A program made the position numbers and the translations under genes. The notes below the pieces were generated by a model. The model saw only the letters and a list, made by a program, of their open reading frames with translations, was not told the DNA's origin and ran no database searches. From positions 96,001 through 160,000 of the forward strand of contig JABCTZ010000046.1 of assembly GCA_018238155.1 (NCBI GenBank): 64,000 bases of DNA. The letters run 5' to 3'. This DNA comes from Candidatus Heimdallarchaeota archaeon. GTDB lineage: Archaea > Asgardarchaeota > Heimdallarchaeia > JABLTI01. This document shows, in pieces, positions 60,796 to 64,000 of this stretch (its first letter is position 1; each line of letters begins with the position of its first letter).

Positions 60796-62529
60796 CTATT
60801 GTAACAACTCAAAATATTTGGAGAATTTCAAGAGGTATTTAATACCACGAACCTTCAATTTACTCGTAATAATTGCTTTTACTGGATTAATTTTGCCTAA
60901 TCCAAATCCTAAGAACGTTGATTTTGTGGTTATAATAGAGCCATTACAATTTTTTTTCTCAACATTAATTTTTGCATGAGAATTTTCAATTTGAGTGAAA
61001 TGCACTCTTCCTTCAGCAAAAGATACTTTCATTGCATATGGGTCATCCTTTGCAACTAGTAATAAAGAATAATTATCATCTTTGAATTTAGTTGCAAATT
61101 CTTTATTGAGATTTAGAGACTTTAGCATAACATAAATTATTGCAGCAAATCCCTCATATTGTTTTACATCCTCATAAATTGGTATAACCATTTCCATTGA
61201 TTTCTTAAATCGTACAACAATTTCATCAATAATTTTTTCATCCATTGGTGTTGATAGAATAAAAGCTGTAACACCTCGAGATACAGTATACAGACCGTTT
61301 ATTGCCATCGCAACTTGCAAATATTTACCTAGTTCTAGGTATGGAATTGTATCAAATGACAACTTCTTTGCATTCACAGGTGATTCTTCTGTTAAGTGAA
61401 CATACACTAAAGATTGCATACAACCTACAGAACATTTAACGCCCAATGAATCCATTGCTTCTTTTAGTCCCTTTTGTAATCTTGTCCCTAATTCAGATAA
61501 TCTTTTTACCTCAGTTTCATCATATAACTCGAGAGCTATTTTGCCTGCGACCATTGTCATTGCATTTCCACTGAATGTTCCAGAATGAGTTATGAAATTT
61601 TTATTAATTGGATTAAATTGCTCTATTAATTCTCTTTTTCCACCAAAAGCTCCAACAGGGAATCCTCCACCAATGGTTTTTCCAAAAGCAGTAAGATCCG
61701 GAGTAACACCAACTAATTTTTGCATGCCACCTGTGGATAAACGATATGTAATTACTTCATCAAAAATCAATAAAATATCATATTTTGTGGTTAGTTTTCG
61801 CAGACCTTTGAGGTATTCTGTAGAAGCAACTATACCTCCTGCAGAACCCATTAAAGGTTCTAAAATCATAGCTGCAATTTCCTTGTTATGCTTTTTCATT
61901 ACCATTTCTGCTGCTGATAAATCATTGTAAGGGACAACAAAAACATCTTTGAGTAGCGTTTCGGGAACTCCTTTTTCAACTGTTGGTATTGGATTACCTT
62001 CTGAAAATAAATCTGAATTAATATTTACTTCAACATAATCATGAGAGCCATGATATCCCCCATCAATTTTTATTATTTTGTTCTTTTTTGTATAATAACG
62101 TGCGGCTCGTATAGCAAACATTGTTGCTTCTGTTCCTGAATTGCAAAATCTTATCTCTTCCACAGAGGGTGTTCTTTCACAAATAATTCTAGCAAGTTCA
62201 TATTGAACTTCCATTGGTGCAGCATGAGCGGTACCTTTTCTAGCTTGCTCTTCAATCTTCTCCACTATTTTTGGATGTGCATGTCCATGAATTAGAACAG
62301 TCATATTATTAAGGATGTCAATATAGCGATTGCCATCGACATCTTCTAAGTAACACCCTTCTCCTTTTGATATATAGAAAGGATATGGATAAAAATAAGC
62401 AATATTCCTTGTTCCTCCTCCAGGCAACCATTTTTGAGCCTTATTAAAATGTCTTTTCGATGAAGGTGTTTTTGCTTCATATTTTGCTATTATTTCATTT
62501 TTCACTTGTATTAAGTCCTTAGATGCCAC
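60796..62529 (-). CDS. Class-III PLP aminotransferase (GSA-aminomutase-like) fused to a C-terminal SCP2-like domain
   Basis: SGTEA, GGYHG, FDEVIT and FGK.IGGG.P.GA; tail LGKINPVKAIITSKLKVRG. Likely start GTG 62529. Confidence 0.85.
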   Translation of the reverse strand: MASKDLIQVKNEIIAKYEAKTPSSKRHFNKAQKWLPGGGTRNIAYFYPYPFYISKGEGCYLEDVDGNRYIDILNNMTVLIHGHAHPKIVEKIEEQARKGTAHAAPMEVQYELARIICERTPSVEEIRFCNSGTEATMFAIRAARYYTKKNKIIKIDGGYHGSHDYVEVNINSDLFSEGNPIPTVEKGVPETLLKDVFVVPYNDLSAAEMVMKKHNKEIAAMILEPLMGSAGGIVASTEYLKGLRKLTTKYDILLIFDEVITYRLSTGGMQKLVGVTPDLTAFGKTIGGGFPVGAFGGKRELIEQFNPINKNFITHSGTFSGNAMTMVAGKIALELYDETEVKRLSELGTRLQKGLKEAMDSLGVKCSVGCMQSLVYVHLTEESPVNAKKLSFDTIPYLELGKYLQVAMAINGLYTVSRGVTAFILSTPMDEKIIDEIVVRFKKSMEMVIPIYEDVKQYEGFAAIIYVMLKSLNLNKEFATKFKDDNYSLLLVAKDDPYAMKVSFAEGRVHFTQIENSHAKINVEKKNCNGSIITTKSTFLGFGLGKINPVKAIITSKLKVRGIKYLLKFSKYFELLQ

Positions 62530-62651
62530 TTGAGACCAATTCCCATAAATAAAAATCAACTAAGATTTATGAAATAAGAGTATTAATATTAAACATACTT
62601 AAAAAAAGTTCTTGTTTTAACTTTGTAACTCAAACTATTTTGTACATCTTC

Positions 62652-64000
62652 TTAGTTAAGCAGAGTCCCCATTATACCTAAGGCAATTAAACTTGTTATT
62701 GAAGTAATTACTATTAAAGCCCCTTCAACACGATCGAAATGGTTGTCATCAATAATCGTTAGATGGAGAGATAACGAAAGAGCAAATATTCCTGCAAATA
62801 CTAGTGTCGTATCAAAAGCAACTGGAATTGCAACATTAATTATTGAAGCTAGTAGAAATGGAAAACCAAAGAGTAAAAAGAACGTTTGATTAATTGAGGA
62901 CACTTGATGAACTAATCCTATTTGTGTGTCTTCTTTATCAGAATCGAATAATGCTCTCATTGTAATGGTAGTTTCAGGTGCAGATGAGACGAACCCGACA
63001 ATGACACAATAAACCAGAATAGGCACATCAAAAGTTTCAATACTGGTTTCAATTGAATTGGATATGAGATTTCCACCGAGATAAATTCCCACTAAACCAA
63101 TTAAAAAGGCAATTATAAGTAAATATAAAGGAAATCTTCTAAGAGCTATAAATTGCTCTTTGTCTTCATCTTCATCATCATTTTTCTTAAAGATAGATTC
63201 TCTTATTTTTCTGAACGTGCTCTTCTCTTTCATAACATAGTCATTTTTAACTGAATCAAATACGGCTATTTCATCATTTTCATCTTCTGGGAAAAATTCT
63301 GTTATAAGTGTTTGTGGACCAACTCTTTCGGTTCGTTTTTGTTTGGTATCACCAATTAAAAACAAAATGAACATCAAATAGAATAACAAAAGAGCTACTC
63401 CAATAACGCCTTCAAATAAACGGTCAAATTGAGCTATTTCAATGGCATCATGTGTAAAACCAAAAGACATCATTATAAAAGAAAAGATTGTCATAGCTAG
63501 TACTAAGTTTGCTTCTGTTTGAGTTAATTCATTGGGTAATTTGAATGGTTTCTTTTTTGAAACAATAATCATTGTTACTCCAAGAACTAAAATATTAATT
63601 AGCACAGTGGTTAAGATGAATGTAATACTGGTTAGCGCCAATCTATTTGCTAACTCAACATTTCCCCCATCAGTGAGTTTTTTTGCTCTCATAAGTAGAA
63701 TTGATACGACAATAATATCACTTGAATCTGCACCTATTGCAGCAATTATTCCCATAAAATAATCTGACCAATCAAATTTCTTCCCAATACTCTTCACACC
63801 AAAAATAATTAGCTCTGAACAACCAAAGATAAATGCTAAACCGCCGGCAAAACCAACCAAAATAACCCATACAGGATAACTTGCTAAAACATTTGAATAA
63901 CTGATTATTAATAGAATAATGCCAATTATAACAGAGGGAATTGTTAATGGACTTATTTTTTCAAACAATTCACCTAAAGCTTCTTCTGCTTCTAATTGAT
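62652..64000 (-). CDS. CaCA-like antiporter paralog; 5' end lies outside the window
   Basis: The frame is open to the window edge (QLEAEEALGELFEK, cf. paralog DVEAEEAIETLF). GADSSD and VSSAPE; shared PQTLI.EFFP. Confidence 0.75.
   Translation of the reverse strand, partial: QLEAEEALGELFEKISPLTIPSVIIGIILLIISYSNVLASYPVWVILVGFAGGLAFIFGCSELIIFGVKSIGKKFDWSDYFMGIIAAIGADSSDIIVVSILLMRAKKLTDGGNVELANRLALTSITFILTTVLINILVLGVTMIIVSKKKPFKLPNELTQTEANLVLAMTIFSFIMMSFGFTHDAIEIAQFDRLFEGVIGVALLLFYLMFILFLIGDTKQKRTERVGPQTLITEFFPEDENDEIAVFDSVKNDYVMKEKSTFRKIRESIFKKNDDEDEDKEQFIALRRFPLYLLIIAFLIGLVGIYLGGNLISNSIETSIETFDVPILVYCVIVGFVSSAPETTITMRALFDSDKEDTQIGLVHQVSSINQTFFLLFGFPFLLASIINVAIPVAFDTTLVFAGIFALSLSLHLTIIDDNHFDRVEGALIVITSITSLIALGIMGTLLN

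Noticed and set aside
60796-62529. Calling the aminotransferase hemL
   Set aside because: No tetrapyrrole genes nearby and an extra SCP2-like domain; GSA-like paralogs are common.
1362-63762. Many short ORFs in the track that are antisense to or nested in long genes (e.g. 1362-1715, 19329-19802, 37509-37856, 56421-56876)
   Set aside because: They overlap well-supported genes, have no recognisable motifs and read as shadow frames.
1-64000. Mobile elements or prophage
   Set aside because: No transposase, integrase, terminal inverted repeats or viral hallmark genes were recognised.

Overview
This is an AT-rich, gene-dense chromosomal window, most likely from an Asgard archaeon. That assignment is an inference from Arf- and Rab-like small GTPases, longin/roadblock-like domains, a gelsolin-like domain, an LRR protein, an archaeosortase, archaeal BRE/TATA-like promoters and oligo-T terminators. 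About 46 genes were called; no rRNA, tRNA, CRISPR array or transposase was recognised. Main observations: (1) a co-oriented four-gene cluster at 35375-39033 encodes an Arf-family GTPase with a Sar1-type DLGGH switch II fused to a longin-like domain, a degenerate Arf-like GTPase-longin fusion, a uDENN/longin-gelsolin-like fusion and a Rab-like GTPase, a candidate proto-eukaryotic GTPase relay. (2) Two paralogous single-pass surface proteins have an FG-GAP propeller (7 blades in the intact copy), about 9 Ig-like repeats and a cytoplasmic longin-like tail; one copy is 5'-truncated. (3) A sat-cysC-sulfotransferase-sulfotransferase module points to PAPS-dependent sulfation. (4) An archaeosortase carries a second, catalytically dead domain within a DUF1616-like operon. 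(5) An abrupt purine-to-pyrimidine switch at synonymous sites lies inside the Arf gene, near a G-rich motif that recurs at about 1040. (6) A class-III aminotransferase is fused to an SCP2-like domain. (7) An LRR gene is flanked by 58-bp direct repeats. (8) galT has an in-frame TGA and an SDR gene is truncated. All domain calls come from motif recognition by eye and need HMM or structure confirmation.
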